Program-made: the position numbers and the translations under genes
Assembly (NCBI GenBank): GCA_035221665.1
Contig: CM069131.1
Coordinates: 39,432,001 to 39,496,000 of the forward strand
Length of the DNA stretch: 64,000 nt
Direction of reading: 5' to 3'
Source: Okamejei kenojei
Lineage: Eukaryota
In this document: piece after piece, positions 37,993 through 50,270 of the stretch
Position numbering within the stretch: position 1 is the first letter of the stretch
How the letters are laid out: each line of letters opens with the position of its first letter
The notes under the pieces: model-generated
Seen by the model: only the letters and a program-made list of their open reading frames with translations
What the model was told of the DNA's origin: nothing
The model's database searches: none

Positions 37993-38644
37993 ATGCCAGT
38001 AGCAAAAATTAAGTTTCTTAAAATAATATAAGTATTTCAGAGGACGGATAAAAATATCTTATTTTCTCTCCTGGCAAATCCAGTAAGCTTAATCTTAAAA
38101 TATACTGGGCCATCATGTATTAGTGTAACAGACTGCATTTTCACAATAAGTGTGAGGAAAGCTGGAATGTTGAACTGAAAATGGCTATGAATGCTGGGTC
38201 AACTAAAGTTTTCATTTCTGAGTTTGCTACATTTTTCTTAAGTAGGCTTTTAAGCGGATCGCCTAACAAAGGTAGGTAACACAGTTAACTACAATCCAGT
38301 TGAATGGCAGAACAGCTGATGCTGCCTACCTTGCTGAGTTACTCGAGAATTTTGTGTCTATCTTCCACATTTTCCACATAAACTTGCCTTCCTCTAATGC
38401 TTTAATCAACCTCTGTTCTTATAGAGAAATGTACATGATTGGAAGGAATGCTGTATTCAGTTGCAAGTTGGATGACTAGTAGTGCTGTACAATCAAGTAT
38501 TAACCCACAAGAATTCAAATTTATCTAAGATCAGCAGTAACTGTGATAAAACAAATATCCTGACTATTTCCTGTATACCCATCTTTTTAGTCCCCTCTTT
38601 TTTCATCCACTTTTTCCTTGATGAAAATGGCACAGGTTGAGTAA

Positions 38645-39604
38645 AGTTTAGTTTAGTCTGGAGATACAGAATGGAAATAGGTCCTTCGGACGACCGGATC
38701 GGTGCCGGCCAGCGGTCCTCATACACTAGGACTATCCTACACACTAGGGACAATTTAGAATTTTTAATAAAACCAATTAATTATAAATGTGTACATCTTT
38801 TAGAGTGTGGTAGCTAATGGCATGTTGGCCTTCATAACGGGAGGATTTGAGTATAGGAGTAAAGAAGCCCTTCTGCAGTTGTACCGGGCCCTGGTGAGAC
38901 CACATCTGGAGTATTGTGTGCAGTTTCGGTCTCCTCATTTGAGGCAGGACATCCTTGCTATTGAGGGAGTGCAGCGTAGGTTCACAAGATTGGAAAGACT
39001 GGGCTTGTATTCATTGGAGTTTAGAAGGATGAAAGGGAATCTTATAGAAAGGGAATCTTATAGAAACATTAAAACTATAAAAGGACTGGACAAGTTAGGT
39101 GAAGGAAAAATGTTCCCAATGTTGGGGGAGTCCAGAACCAGGGGCCATAATCTAAGAAGAAAAGGGAGGCCTTTTAAAACTGAGATGAGAAAAAGAAAAA
39201 ACACCCAGCGAGTTGTGAATTTGTGGAATTCTCTGCCACAATGCAGTGGAGGCCAATTCACTGGATGAATTTAAAAGAGAGTAAGATAGAGCTCTTGGAG
39301 CTAGTGGAATCAAGGGTTATGGGGAGAAGGCAGGCACTGGTTACTGATTGTGGATGAGTAATGGTGGAGCTGGCTCGAAGGGCCGAATGCCCTCATCCTG
39401 CACCTATTTTCTATGTTTCTATGTTTAAATCAGAGCACATAGAGAAAACCCACACGGTCACAGGGAGAACGTACAAACTCCTTACAGACAGCACCTGTAG
39501 TCAGGAAGCTTTTCATTGTGCCTCGGTACATGTGACAATAAACTGAACTGATCAAACCCGGGTCTCTGGTGTTGTAAGGCAGCAACTCTACCGCTGCACC
39601 ACCA
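38645..39604 (-). mobile_element. HE1-like SINE split into three pieces by two nested insertions
   Basis: SINE pieces at 38645-38810, 39427-39505 and 39551-39604 join into the sequence seen intact at 63124-63441. Confidence 0.85.
38811..39426 (+). mobile_element. CR1 LINE 3' fragment nested in a SINE
   Basis: ORF 38807..39268: LLQLYRALVRPHLEYCVQFRSPH...QRRFTRL...SRTRGH...RVVNLWNSLP. (ctatgttt)n tail. Confidence 0.9.
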
Positions 39605-40105
39605 TGTCATAGGTTGAATAAAGATCTTTCCTTAACGGTAATCAAATACTTTCCTAAAATTCAACTTTAAAGAAAACACCAAGGAGCATTAATGCTTACA
39701 AAAGAATAGCCATACAAAATAACAGTAAGAGTAGATCACAATATCCACTCTAATAATATTGTGATTGGTCATTGTAATCTTAACTTTGCATGCCTATCTT
39801 CCTCTGGTAACATTTCACCCACATGTTTATCAATAATTTATTTATCTCTATCATAAAAGTGTTTAAAGATTTCCTATACTCTCCTATGAGAAAAGGAGTT
39901 CCAAAGACACTACTTTCTCAAAGAAAATAAACTCATTTTTTTCTTCAGTAGATTCTCTTATTTTTAAACGGTTCTAGCTCTAGATTCTTTCACAGAAGAA
40001 AACATCTTCCCCAAGATCACACTGTAAAAACTCTCTTGTGTTCCTTCCTTTCAATGAAGTCTCATTTCACTTCACTAAATTCCTGTCCTTTCCTCTTAAG
40101 AGACC

Positions 40106-40500
40106 TCATTCATAAGGAATAAGAGTAGAATTAGGCCATTCGGCTCGTCTACTCTGCCATTCAATAATGGCTGATCTATCGCTCCCTCCTAACCTCATTC
40201 TGCTTCCTTCTCCCATAATCTCTGACACCTGTAAGAACCCAATCAAGAATCTATCTATCTCTGCATTAAAAATATCCACTAACTTGGCCACCGCAGCTTT
40301 CTGTGTGGCAAAGAATTCCACAGATCACCACCCTCTGACTAAAGACATTTCTCCTCATCTCCTTCCAAAAGGAATGTCCTTTAATTCTGAGACTGACCTC
40401 TAGTCCTAGACTCTCCCTCTAGTGGAAACATCCTCTCCACATCCACTCTATCCAAGCCTTAACTATTCTGTATGTTTCAATGAGGTCCCCCCTCATTCTT
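40106..40500 (-). mobile_element. CR1 LINE 3' fragment
   Basis: ctagactctccctctagtggaaacatcctctccacatccactctatccaagcc; homologous to 46560-47025. Confidence 0.8.
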
Positions 40501-40699
40501 CATTCCAGGTGTTATCCTACTAAGCCTTTCAACATGTTTCCAATACAAATGCTTCCAATACAAGCATCTAATACAAGTATTTAATCATCATATGTACGAA
40601 CACCAAAATAATGAAATTCTTACTTGTAGTAGCATAACAGGCCTGTAAACACAATATACATAGATCATATATAATAAAGAAAAATGTAATACATTAACA

Positions 40700-41283
40700 C
40701 CCTTCTGTAAATAAGTCCTTGTGGTGGCAGCACAAGTAGACGGGATGGGTAAAGAAGGTGTATGGTATGCTTGCCTTCATTGCTGGAGGCATTGAATATG
40801 TCAGGCAATCATGAAGCAGCTCTATAGGACTGATTAAGCTGCATTTGGAGTATTGCATGCAGTTCCCGATGCCCCATTACAAGAAAGATGTGGCTTTGGA
40901 GAGGGTGCAGAGGAGATTTACCAGAATGCTGCCTAGATTAGTGTTTCAGCTGCAGGGAGAGGTTCGATAGACTTTTTTTCTTTTCTCTGGAATTTCTGGA
41001 GGTTGAGGGGAGACTTGATAGAAGTATATAAAATTATGAGAGGCATGAGATGTGCGGAGCAAGTTTTTTTCATAGACAGTGGTGGGGACCTGGAATGCAT
41101 TGTCAGGTGTGGTTTGGGAGGCAGATATGATAGTGCCATTTAGATATGCACATTGAAACACATAGAATGGAGAGATTTGGATCATGTACCGGCAGATGAG
41201 ATCAGTTTAATTAGGCATAGTGTTTGGCGCAAACATTGTGGGCCGAAGGACCTGTTTCTGTGCTATACTGTTCTATGTTCTGT
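40700..41283 (+). mobile_element. CR1 LINE 3' fragment
   Basis: catttggagtattgcatgcagttc...gagagggtgcagaggagatttaccagaatgctgcc...gggagacttgatagaagtatataaaattatgagagg. Tail gttctatgttct. Confidence 0.8.
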
Positions 41284-41289
41284 AAATAA

Positions 41290-42110
41290 GGAAACCAATA
41301 CTATGCTCAAAACTCCAGATGTGGTCTTATACAACTGAAGCATAATATCCCAAATTCTGCATTTAATTCCCCTTACAATAAAGAATACCATTTTGTTAGC
41401 ACAGCTGATTATCCGTACCCTCTGAATAATAGAACTTTGTGAATCATACACTGGAACACCTAGATCCCTCTGCATTTCTGAGCTTTGCTTACGGTCATCA
41501 GTTTGTTGTTTTGCTGACTCTTGTTCCTCTTGTCAAAATGGACAAATTCAGGTTTTTCCACACATACACCATTTGCCAGTTCTTTGTGCATTAACTTAAC
41601 CAACCTATACTCCTTAGGGGTCTTCTTACATTATTGTTACAACCTATTTTTCTGAGCTATTTATATGTCATTAGCAAATTTCTCAACTATAACTTCAATG
41701 TCTTCATCCACACATTTATGCCAATTTTAAAGAGCTGATGCCCAGTATCAATCGCAGTGCAAATCTCATTTATGCTTATGGTTTCTGATAGCCAACCAGT
41801 CTTTTTTTTTCACAGACATTTGTTACCTCTCTGTGTGATAAACTTTTATTTTCATTATAGCCTCTGTGTCACTGTAACATATGTCATCTAGAAATCTTTG
41901 AACAAGAAATAATTCTTCTTTATCTACAGCACCTTACTTCAAAGAACACCATTGAATTGGTCATTAAATTATTTGCTTTTCACCAAACCATATTGACTGA
42001 GCCTGCTATTTTTGAAATTTTGAAAGTGACCTATGCAAATGTCATTGATAATAGCTTTTGATATTTGTAATGACAAATGCTTATCTAACTGGCCTATAGT
42101 TCCGTGCTCT
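41290..42110 (-). mobile_element. Old, heavily decayed CR1 RT region
   Basis: ORF 41263..41475(-) QRDLGV...FIVRGIKCR...MLQLYKT resembles CR1 ORF2. Confidence 0.6.
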
Positions 42111-42149
42111 ATCTCCTTCTCTATCCTTTGAATATAGTTTGTAAGTTCA

Positions 42150-42345
42150 TGTGACACCATGAGTTTCTTCTGGGTGCTCCGGCCTTCTCCAACATTCCAG
42201 ATACATCCCAGTTTGTAGGTTAATTAGCTATGGAAAGTTTAAAATTGTCTCTAGTCTGTAGGATAGTGTTAGTGCACGGAGTGATCACTGGTTGGCATGG
42301 ATTTGGTGGTCCAAAGGGCCTGTTTCCACGCTGTATCTCAAAAGT
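42150..42345 (+). mobile_element. HE1-like SINE, 3' part
   Basis: gtttgtaggttaattagc...aattgtctctagtctgtaggatagtgttagtg...aagggcctgtttccacgctgtatctc. Confidence 0.8.
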
Positions 42346-43394
42346 CTGTCTTTACCAGCAGCAAAATGATATCAGAGTATTTTAAGGGCAGGGCCTCTGG
42401 TTCCACCACTTGAGTGAGGTCTTCTCTCTGTTTATGGAATGCTGCTGTTTGTGAGATGGTTGCACTTGGAACCATGGAACACTCAAAAATAAGTGTGGCT
42501 GAAAGAAAAGCAAATGGGTTATCAGGCATAGAGTGTAGAATTAAGGACAAACTGGCTCGCTGTGGCTTGATATTCCTTTGCATTATAATTATGGCTGTTG
42601 CTGGCATCAAACAAGTGGGACTGCAGTTTTGATTTACAATGTAAATTGAAATTAGTCGAGGAATGTAACAACAGGTAGCTGAATTGACATCATCAATTTC
42701 AAAATGTAAAATTCCTCCTGAAACATACAAGAAATAAATGGAATGTGAAATATGCATTCACCACCTAAATCCTGTCACTCCACAGAATGAGTGGGATTTG
42801 CTCTGATTGAAATTTGCACACCCACTCCGTCTCCTGGGGAAGACAATCAAGGTTTGACATTTCTCTCAGTTCTAAATGATAAATCAAATCAAACACCAAT
42901 ATATTAATCCATTCTTACAATTTGCTCTGTACTACACTGAGCAATTGCTTTTCATAGATGACTCAGCCACAGCACAATTGCGTTCTACAAAGTATTTATT
43001 CATGTATTCTTTTATGCATTTCTTTAATCTTTGATTCCATTGTTAACCAGGCCCCAGTTACCTTTCTCGAAGGGTTAATAAATTGCCGTATTAATGGCAT
43101 TTGACAAGCTTCTATTCCAGATATCTTTTAGTGATAAGTACCTTCAAACTTCGGGTCTTTAAAGCTTGGCAACATTGTGAAAATATCCCCTATTAGTGTG
43201 AATATAGTCAAAGTAATCTGCCCAAAATAATTTAAATGTTACTTTCAATAACATTATTTACTTAATGTAATTTTTTCCAATGAAAGCATTTTCACATGTC
43301 ATTAGTTCTGAAATGATGTTGTGTTCTTTTGAAGTTATGTGCTCAGACATTACAGATCTTGGTTTTAGATGGTCAGATACACATTTAGATGGTC

Positions 43395-43593
43395 ACCCAA
43401 AGGGTGATGGGTGTATGGAGCAAGCTGCCCGATGGGGTAGTTGAGGCTGGAACTATCCCAATGTTTAAGAAACAGTTAGACAGATACATGGATAGGACGG
43501 GTTTGGAGAGATATGGACCAAGCACAGGCATGTGTGACTAGTGCAGCTGGGACATGTTGGCCGAAGGGCCTGTTTCCAAACTCTATGACTATA
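43395..43593 (+). mobile_element. CR1 LINE 3' end
   Basis: gggtgatgggtgtatggagcaagctgcc...tacatggataggacgggtttggag...ccgaagggcctgtttcc. A similar short piece lies at 49190-49295. Confidence 0.8.
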
Positions 43594-45184
43594 CTTGAAC
43601 TTAAATATCTTTCAGATGTATCCAGTACTAATTGGCAGCAATATTACACAGATTAAATATCCAGTGAATCACAATAAAATGTAATTCCTATCCACCCAGT
43701 ATTTTTTTTCTTATTGATGTTACTTTACATGTTTATTTGCTAACTGTTTTTAGTTTCCCTTTGCTGAAAGATGCATGCCATCTTCTAAACTTGGTCCTTA
43801 AGTTTTGATCACTTTTTTGAATGTTGTTGGAAAGGAACATTTTAAAATGCATTTACTACATTCAAGGAACATATGATGTGGGTAGGGATTGGTATTGTGG
43901 AGACACTTGTTGGGGGAGGGGGGGTTGTAGAAGAGTAAGTAAAGAATAAAAAGAGAATATGCATAAATTGAGGCCCCAGCGAGGTAGGTTCCTGCTTCCG
44001 TAACCGGCTTCCGTCTCCGCCATCTTTGTCTGCCTTAATGGAGCAAAACTACTACTGCGGAGACAGAAGCCAGTTACGGAAACATCCTCGTAAAATCAAA
44101 CAACTTTGGTAAAAATCTTCATCTCATTTTCTTCCTGCCTCTCTGCCTCACAATAAAAAGAAAAAAGATGCCTATGTTCCTTCCACAGCATGTGGGAAGT
44201 CTGGCCCGGATCAGCACGGCTGGGACGCCAGGGTAAAGTTGCGGGGAGGTTGCAATGCATTTTTATATAATGTTGTCCCTTTTCTGGGCCTTGTGTCCGA
44301 AATAAACGTTGCATTTTACATATATACAAATCTGGAGAAATATATATATGTGTGTGTTAGATGATTATATAACATGATTATTTCTCTATCACATTCATAT
44401 ATGTGTGTAGACAAAAGTGCTGGAGAAACTCAGCGAGTGCGGGTTCGATTTTCCAGCATCTGCAGTTCGTTCTTAAACGTGCGTGTGTGTTCTTTCCTAC
44501 ACAATCTAATCAGTTGTATGGTCACTGAATAAAACCATCCTTAAATTATACATCATTTTTTAATCTAGCACAAAACAAATTTTATTTTGTTAAATACTTC
44601 ATTTAGATAACCCCACCATTACAGACAGATCTCATTCCACTCTCTGGCTATTGGGAAGACCAGACCCATTACATTAAGGAACATTAAGGAACATTCCAAG
44701 ATTCCAAGAGCAGAGCAACTGGAATCTTCATATTGCTATTATTTTCTAAATACTGCAGTTGTGAACAGTGTGATTAGATGAATTACAGAGTGCAAGAGTA
44801 ATAAAAAAATTAACTCAAACTCAAACACAGCACATGAGCCATTTAAAAAGAAAACCTTTTAAAAAAAAATATTAGAAAAGACAATTAACAGAATCATAAA
44901 TTGTTAACATATTAATCTTTAATAACATTTAACAGAATTATGATTGAACAGAATTATGAATCTAACCCTATATCACACACACAAACTGTTCCCCCACAAC
45001 TCTGATTACACTGCGAGAGGGTTATACAAAGACGGGTCGGGTTACTGAAATGGACGAAGAAATGACCCACGTTCAGCTCCGTTGCGTACTACATGTCAGC
45101 CCATTACCTTTAGCAGGTGTGGACTATCTTGCTTGCTATAGGATCTTTGCTAGAAACTTTGTCGGATACATTGTATTAGTTACT

Positions 45185-45561
45185 GTATTATTGGGTTAGG
45201 GAAATGTCTATCATGTACTGTGTTAATCAATATATGTTATTGAACTGTAAAGAGACCACCCCCATATGGTTCAGCCACGCAAGGTTCAGGGACCTATAAA
45301 AGGTAGCTCTCATGACATCCTGTGTCGATCTTCTGGGAGAATGCTTAGGACTGTATGACCTTTTGGAGCGTCTCTGCTTGCACGAGGCTAGAAGGGCTTG
45401 GCCAAGCAAATACAAGGATCAAATCCGCGGTGGTTAGGTATAGTAGTGGGGAACTGTTATTGTGTTCTTCCAAAATAAAGTTTAGATACGCAATACTGCT
45501 TGACTCAGTATTTTATTGACTGAAACTAGACTGGGGGGAAGCTTAAAATGAGCTATTTACA
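45185..45561 (+). mobile_element. Solo-LTR-like element (copy B) with TATA box and poly(A) signal
   Basis: TATAAAA at about 45295 and AATAAA at about 45474 in U3-R-U5 order. Ends tttaca. Homologous to 22566-22941 in the opposite orientation. Left boundary uncertain (45160-45185). Confidence 0.7.
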
Positions 45562-46559
45562 CCAGGACGGAAATGTGTATCATGTTGTGAATCACACTGT
45601 GAGTCCTTGATTTTCATTTACTATTTTCCCGATAAATTGGATCACAAAGTGCCCACAAATGTGGAAATCTAATTTCTAGGTAAGATTAATTTTGGTGTAC
45701 TCACGAGTACACCAGAACATAGGCTATTTGTTATACTTGAGAATGATCATATTGTACATGGAAAGGAGATAAAATCTAACGAATGAAAATGAAAAGCGGA
45801 GAAACCTTTCACACAAAGTTTTGAGACTATAGAATATCTAACCAAAGTTAATGACTGAATCAGGGGTTATGTCAATTGTACCAGTTTTAGTATAGTGGAA
45901 TCATTGACTGGTGTGGACCATTTAAAGTCTGTCTGCACCTGATAGACCAAAACTATCAGCTCCATTGCACTGCATGAAAAGTTTAGGAAGCGTTTGAAGC
46001 ATTGGCCATCCATGTGCGCTTGTGAAGTGACTTGAAAGTTCCTTAAATCTTCTGGACCAGCTTGAGAGTCTTCATTCATGGATTACTATGCTTCAATAAG
46101 GCTGTGACATCTCTGTAAGGAGACTTTGAAACTTCCTTGCATTTTCTCTCATTTTCTCCCAATAATACAGATCATGGCAATGATCTGTTGTCATGGTGTT
46201 CAGAACAGTGTGTTCAGGAATGTGGCATCAGGCATGTAGAATATGTGTCCTGCCCATTGGTGCTTCTTGAATATGATCGCAGCCTCCATGCTGGAGTGTT
46301 GCTCTGGAAAAGTATGCAGACTGAGCAGTTTGTCTATTTTACCAGCGGATTACGATATAACTGGTAATAATCCTCCAGTGCTTTGAAGTGTCTGATGCCC
46401 ACAGTCTATTTATACATCAGAATCGCTGGACCATAAAGTGGGTGGTAAACTGTGAGATTGGTGCAAAATTTGGTGCCTTGGGCTCCACACAGTCATCTTT
46501 ACAGTCAGTGAAATACTGTAATGGATATTGTTATTGATGTCTGGTATAATGAGAGGAGA

Positions 46560-47025
46560 CTCATAAGGTCATAAGATCATGTGATAGGATCAGAATTAGG
46601 CCATTTGGACCATCGTCTATTTCTCCCACTTAACCCCATTCTCCTGCCTTCTCCCCATAACCTCATGCTAATCAAGAATCTAGATAGGTGTGGCAAATCA
46701 GAGGGTGGCGAATCTATGGACACAGAAGGCTGTGGAAGCCGTCAGTGGATATATTTAAGGCAGAGATAGATAGATTCGCCACCCTCTGACTAAAGAATTC
46801 ATCAACCTCTGCTTAACAAAATTCCTCCTCATCTCCTTCTTAAACGAACGACCTTTAATACAGAGGCTATGATCTCAAGTCCTAGACTCTCCCACTAGTG
46901 GAAGCATCCTCTCCACATCCACTCTATGCAAGCCTTTCACTATTCTGTACATTTCATTGAGGTCCTCCCTCAGTCTTCTAAACTCCAGCGAGTACAGGCC
47001 CAGTGCTGTCAAATGCTCATCCTGA
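46560..47025 (-). mobile_element. CR1 LINE 3' fragment with a small internal inversion
   Basis: ORF 46875..47120(-) ALGLYSLEFRRLREDLNEMYRIVKG. tcagagggtggcgaatcta (~46698) pairs with tagattcgccaccctctga (~46771). Confidence 0.8.
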
Positions 47026-47971
47026 GATTTGGGAAGCGTTTCACATAGGGGACCATACAAATATGAGAAGGATGCTCCATAAGTTTTCAACACTGTTGGA
47101 GTGTAGACTGCAGAGTCCATTCAGTAGAGATTTATCCAAGGTTAAAAAAGTCATGTAGTGTGTTTGGAGCTGCTCCCTGCTCTCTGGTTGGATTGCCTAC
47201 AATGCTGTACCAGGTCAAGCTCTTTGCCACTGGTGGAAACTGGATGATTGTGATTCTTGCTTTGAGTTTCCCATCACCAAACTTCAGTGAGGTTCCGCAC
47301 TAATAACCACTATCAGACATCTCCTATCGTGATGTTGCTCGTGATTAAGGTGTTTCAGAGATTCCCTAGCGTGCTCTGCTCCTCCCAGATGAGGGAGTTG
47401 TAGTCAAGAATTAAAGCCAGCCAACTTCCTACCATGTTCCAAGTGTACATGCCAAATATAATTAATGAGGATTTTTCAAAAGCAATAAAAATGCAACCTA
47501 GGGTATTAAAAAAAACAAGGGCTTGCAAGCTTTTGGGTTTGACCTTTACTGTACTGAATTTCATTAAAGTTGTAGCACTGAAAGAGGCAATTCAAATAAA
47601 ATCAAAACTACAACCCCGCAAACTTCTCACAGACTACCAGGCTAGAGTGATCCCTGCCCTCCTCTACATTGCTGAGATGGGTACACACCTCCAGGCACTG
47701 AAGACAGGCACTATACGAATAAGGTTGTCTCCTCAAAATCTTCCAAATCCACTAACTGGATAAGCGAAATGTTGTCTGCATCCACTTCCAAGCTAACACC
47801 TCCAGCATTGTGCTCTAATTGGACTCAGTCAACATTAATGGTAGCTTGCATTCATCTGATTCCCAACTTCACAATGCCAAAGCTAATGCTTTGGAGTTTC
47901 ATCAATGTAAAGGAGCACATCATCTCCCAATCTACTTGTTTACCTGTCTTGCCAAGCAACTTTCACTTCAC

Positions 47972-48671
47972 GGACTCCATGCGGTGAGCGAGACCAAACT
48001 GGAAGCGGAGGTCGGGTGATCCCCGCACAGGGCTGGTCCCACCATCATGTGCCTGCATGCGACGAGCGCGACCAAACCAGCAGCGGGGACCGCGCGGAGG
48101 TCGGGTGAGTGGCGCGAAGTTGGAGCGAAGTCCGCGATAATTTCGCAAGGACAGAGAGGGACACACAGAGAGGGACATGGAGGCACAGAGAGAGAGGGCC
48201 ATGGAAGCACATATAGAGAGGGGCACGGAGGCACAGAGAAGAGAGTGGTCACGGAGGCACATATAGAGAGGGGCACGGAGGCACAGAGAGAGAGGGTCAC
48301 GGAGGCACAGAGAGAGAGAGGGTCACGGAGACACAGAGAGAGAGAGGGTCACGGAGGCACACACAGAGAGAGGGACATGGAGGCACATAGAGAGAGGGTC
48401 AAGGAGGCACATATAGGGAGGGCACGGAGGCACGACGTGAGGCGGTGCGTAATGCATCGCGGCGGCTGCGGGCCGACAGGCCATTGCCGCGCGGAAGTTT
48501 TGAACACGGTCAGTTTTTCAGAGCCCCGCGCAATGTCGGGACCAGCTCCGCACAACTCCATACAGCTTCGACGATCGAAGTGGGACTGGCCCCGCGAGGC
48601 CGGCGGCTCAGGCGACCACGTTAGGTCGCGCTCACCGCATGGAGTCCCATGCTGGTGGGGCAGGCCCTTTA
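47972..48671. mobile_element. MITE-like non-autonomous DNA element (possibly PIF/Harbinger)
   Basis: 28-nt inverted repeats at 47972-47999 and 48620-48647 (2 mismatches). The right end gtggggcaggcccttta resembles the reverse complement of taaggggctgtcccac at 63570. GC/CpG-rich. Confidence 0.7.
48150..48435 (+). repeat. Imperfect minisatellite, unit ~24 nt (ggcacggaggcacagagagagagg)
   Basis: About a dozen visible iterations with variable GA-run length. Confidence 0.9.
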
Positions 48672-50039
48672 CATTGGCCTCATCAGCCAGGTTAGAGCTA
48701 GAGCACAAACAATTCAACCCCCAGCCCAAGGAGGCATAAGAAGAAAAGTAGGAAGCAGTGCAAACATGCGAGAAAAAAAGGAATCTATATGAATTTGTAG
48801 GTGAATTTTCTGTGCTGTAAGTTTAATGTGAACTTATGCAAATAATTAAGTTTACTCCAGTTTGTTGGATCACGTTTCCTCCAGCTGCAGTAATAGCATA
48901 GCCTAATGGACATTATTATTTCACTTTCTGAAAATTCAGATATATTTTATCTTGCTGCCAGCCATCATCCATTGGAATTTAGATTCATCACCTGTCTAAG
49001 TCTAAATTGACTGCTGCTTATAGCCAATAAATTAGTCCACTGTTAATCTTCAAGTTTGTGTGTGAAATTTAAAAATGATGCAGATATACATATTTGAAAA
49101 TTGGGAAAGTTTGTGGGTGACAGAATTTGTAACCTTGGGCTAGGCTAAAGCAAATTTAAAATGAGCAAGTTTTGCCACAAAAATAAAAGCAGTATGGATA
49201 GGACAGGTTTGGAGGGATATGGGCCAAATGCAGGCAGGTGGGGCATGTTGGGCTGAAGAGCCTGTTTCCACACTCTATGACTATGACTCTATGACAGTGG
49301 AGCAGAAGGTGTGAAATGCTCTTTTGATCCCATGACAGCTAAGAGGACAAATGCAAAAGAGAGAATACAAGTTCAAGGCTAAAGTCACAATACATGAAAA
49401 TAATTAAAATATAATAAGCATAATAAATGGAATTCTGCAAGCTTTTGAATTTATTTATTACAGAATGTAGGAATAAACTTACAAGATAAAGTTTTAAATT
49501 ACACTGCGATGCAGCATCTCTTTTACATTTTGTCACAGATCCAGCGACAGATCCAGATACAGTTCAATGCTGATTTTATTTGTTGTCCAAGTGGAGTTTA
49601 GACATTCTCCAGTGATTGCATGGGATTCCCTGGTTGCTCCAGTTTCCGCCCATATTCCAAAGATGTGATGTTTGGTAAGTTTAATTGGTCACTGAAAATT
49701 ACCCCCAGTTTTGGTGGGTCAGAGAAGATTCAGTGGGGTTCTTAGGCTTGTGGTGGAGAATAGGTCACAGGGAACATACGGGATATGGGGTCGATGGGAA
49801 TGTTTTAAGAGATTGACTCAAATGAATGCCTTGTTCCTATATTGTAAGAAACTATGAGAGAAGTGATGGTGTACTATTTAAAAGGAATGACAATAAATAA
49901 TATTATGGCTAACATTAAACACATGTTATGTCCCATATTTGCATTAGAACTGAAAGTGAAATAAAACAGAATTCCCAGATGGTATCAAAAACAATCTTGT
50001 TTATTCACACAATTAAAATTTAAAAAATGTAAGTGTATT

Positions 50040-50270
50040 AACACTTCCTTCAGCCCACCGTGTCCAAGCTGACCAGTGATCACCTGCACACTAACATCTA
50101 TACACTTGGGACAATTTACGGAAGCCACTTGACTTACAAACCCGCACATCTTTGGAAACCGGAGCACATGGAGGATACCCAGGTGGTCACTGGGAGAACA
50201 TGTAAACTCTACACATGGGCAGCACCTTTGTTCAAGATCAAATCTGGATCTCTGGTGCAACTCTGAGCAA
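50040..50270 (-). mobile_element. Diverged HE1-like SINE
   Basis: gaccagtgatcacc...cacttgggacaatttac...ggaaaccggagcac...ggtcactgggagaacatgtaaactc. Confidence 0.7.

Noticed and set aside
48150-48435. Possible CRISPR-like array
   Set aside because: Vertebrate DNA, degenerate tandem units with no unique spacers, and no cas genes.
48047-48739. 230-aa ORF and overlapping minus-strand ORFs
   Set aside because: The open frames arise from a stop-poor GA-rich minisatellite inside a MITE-like element; no domain is recognisable.
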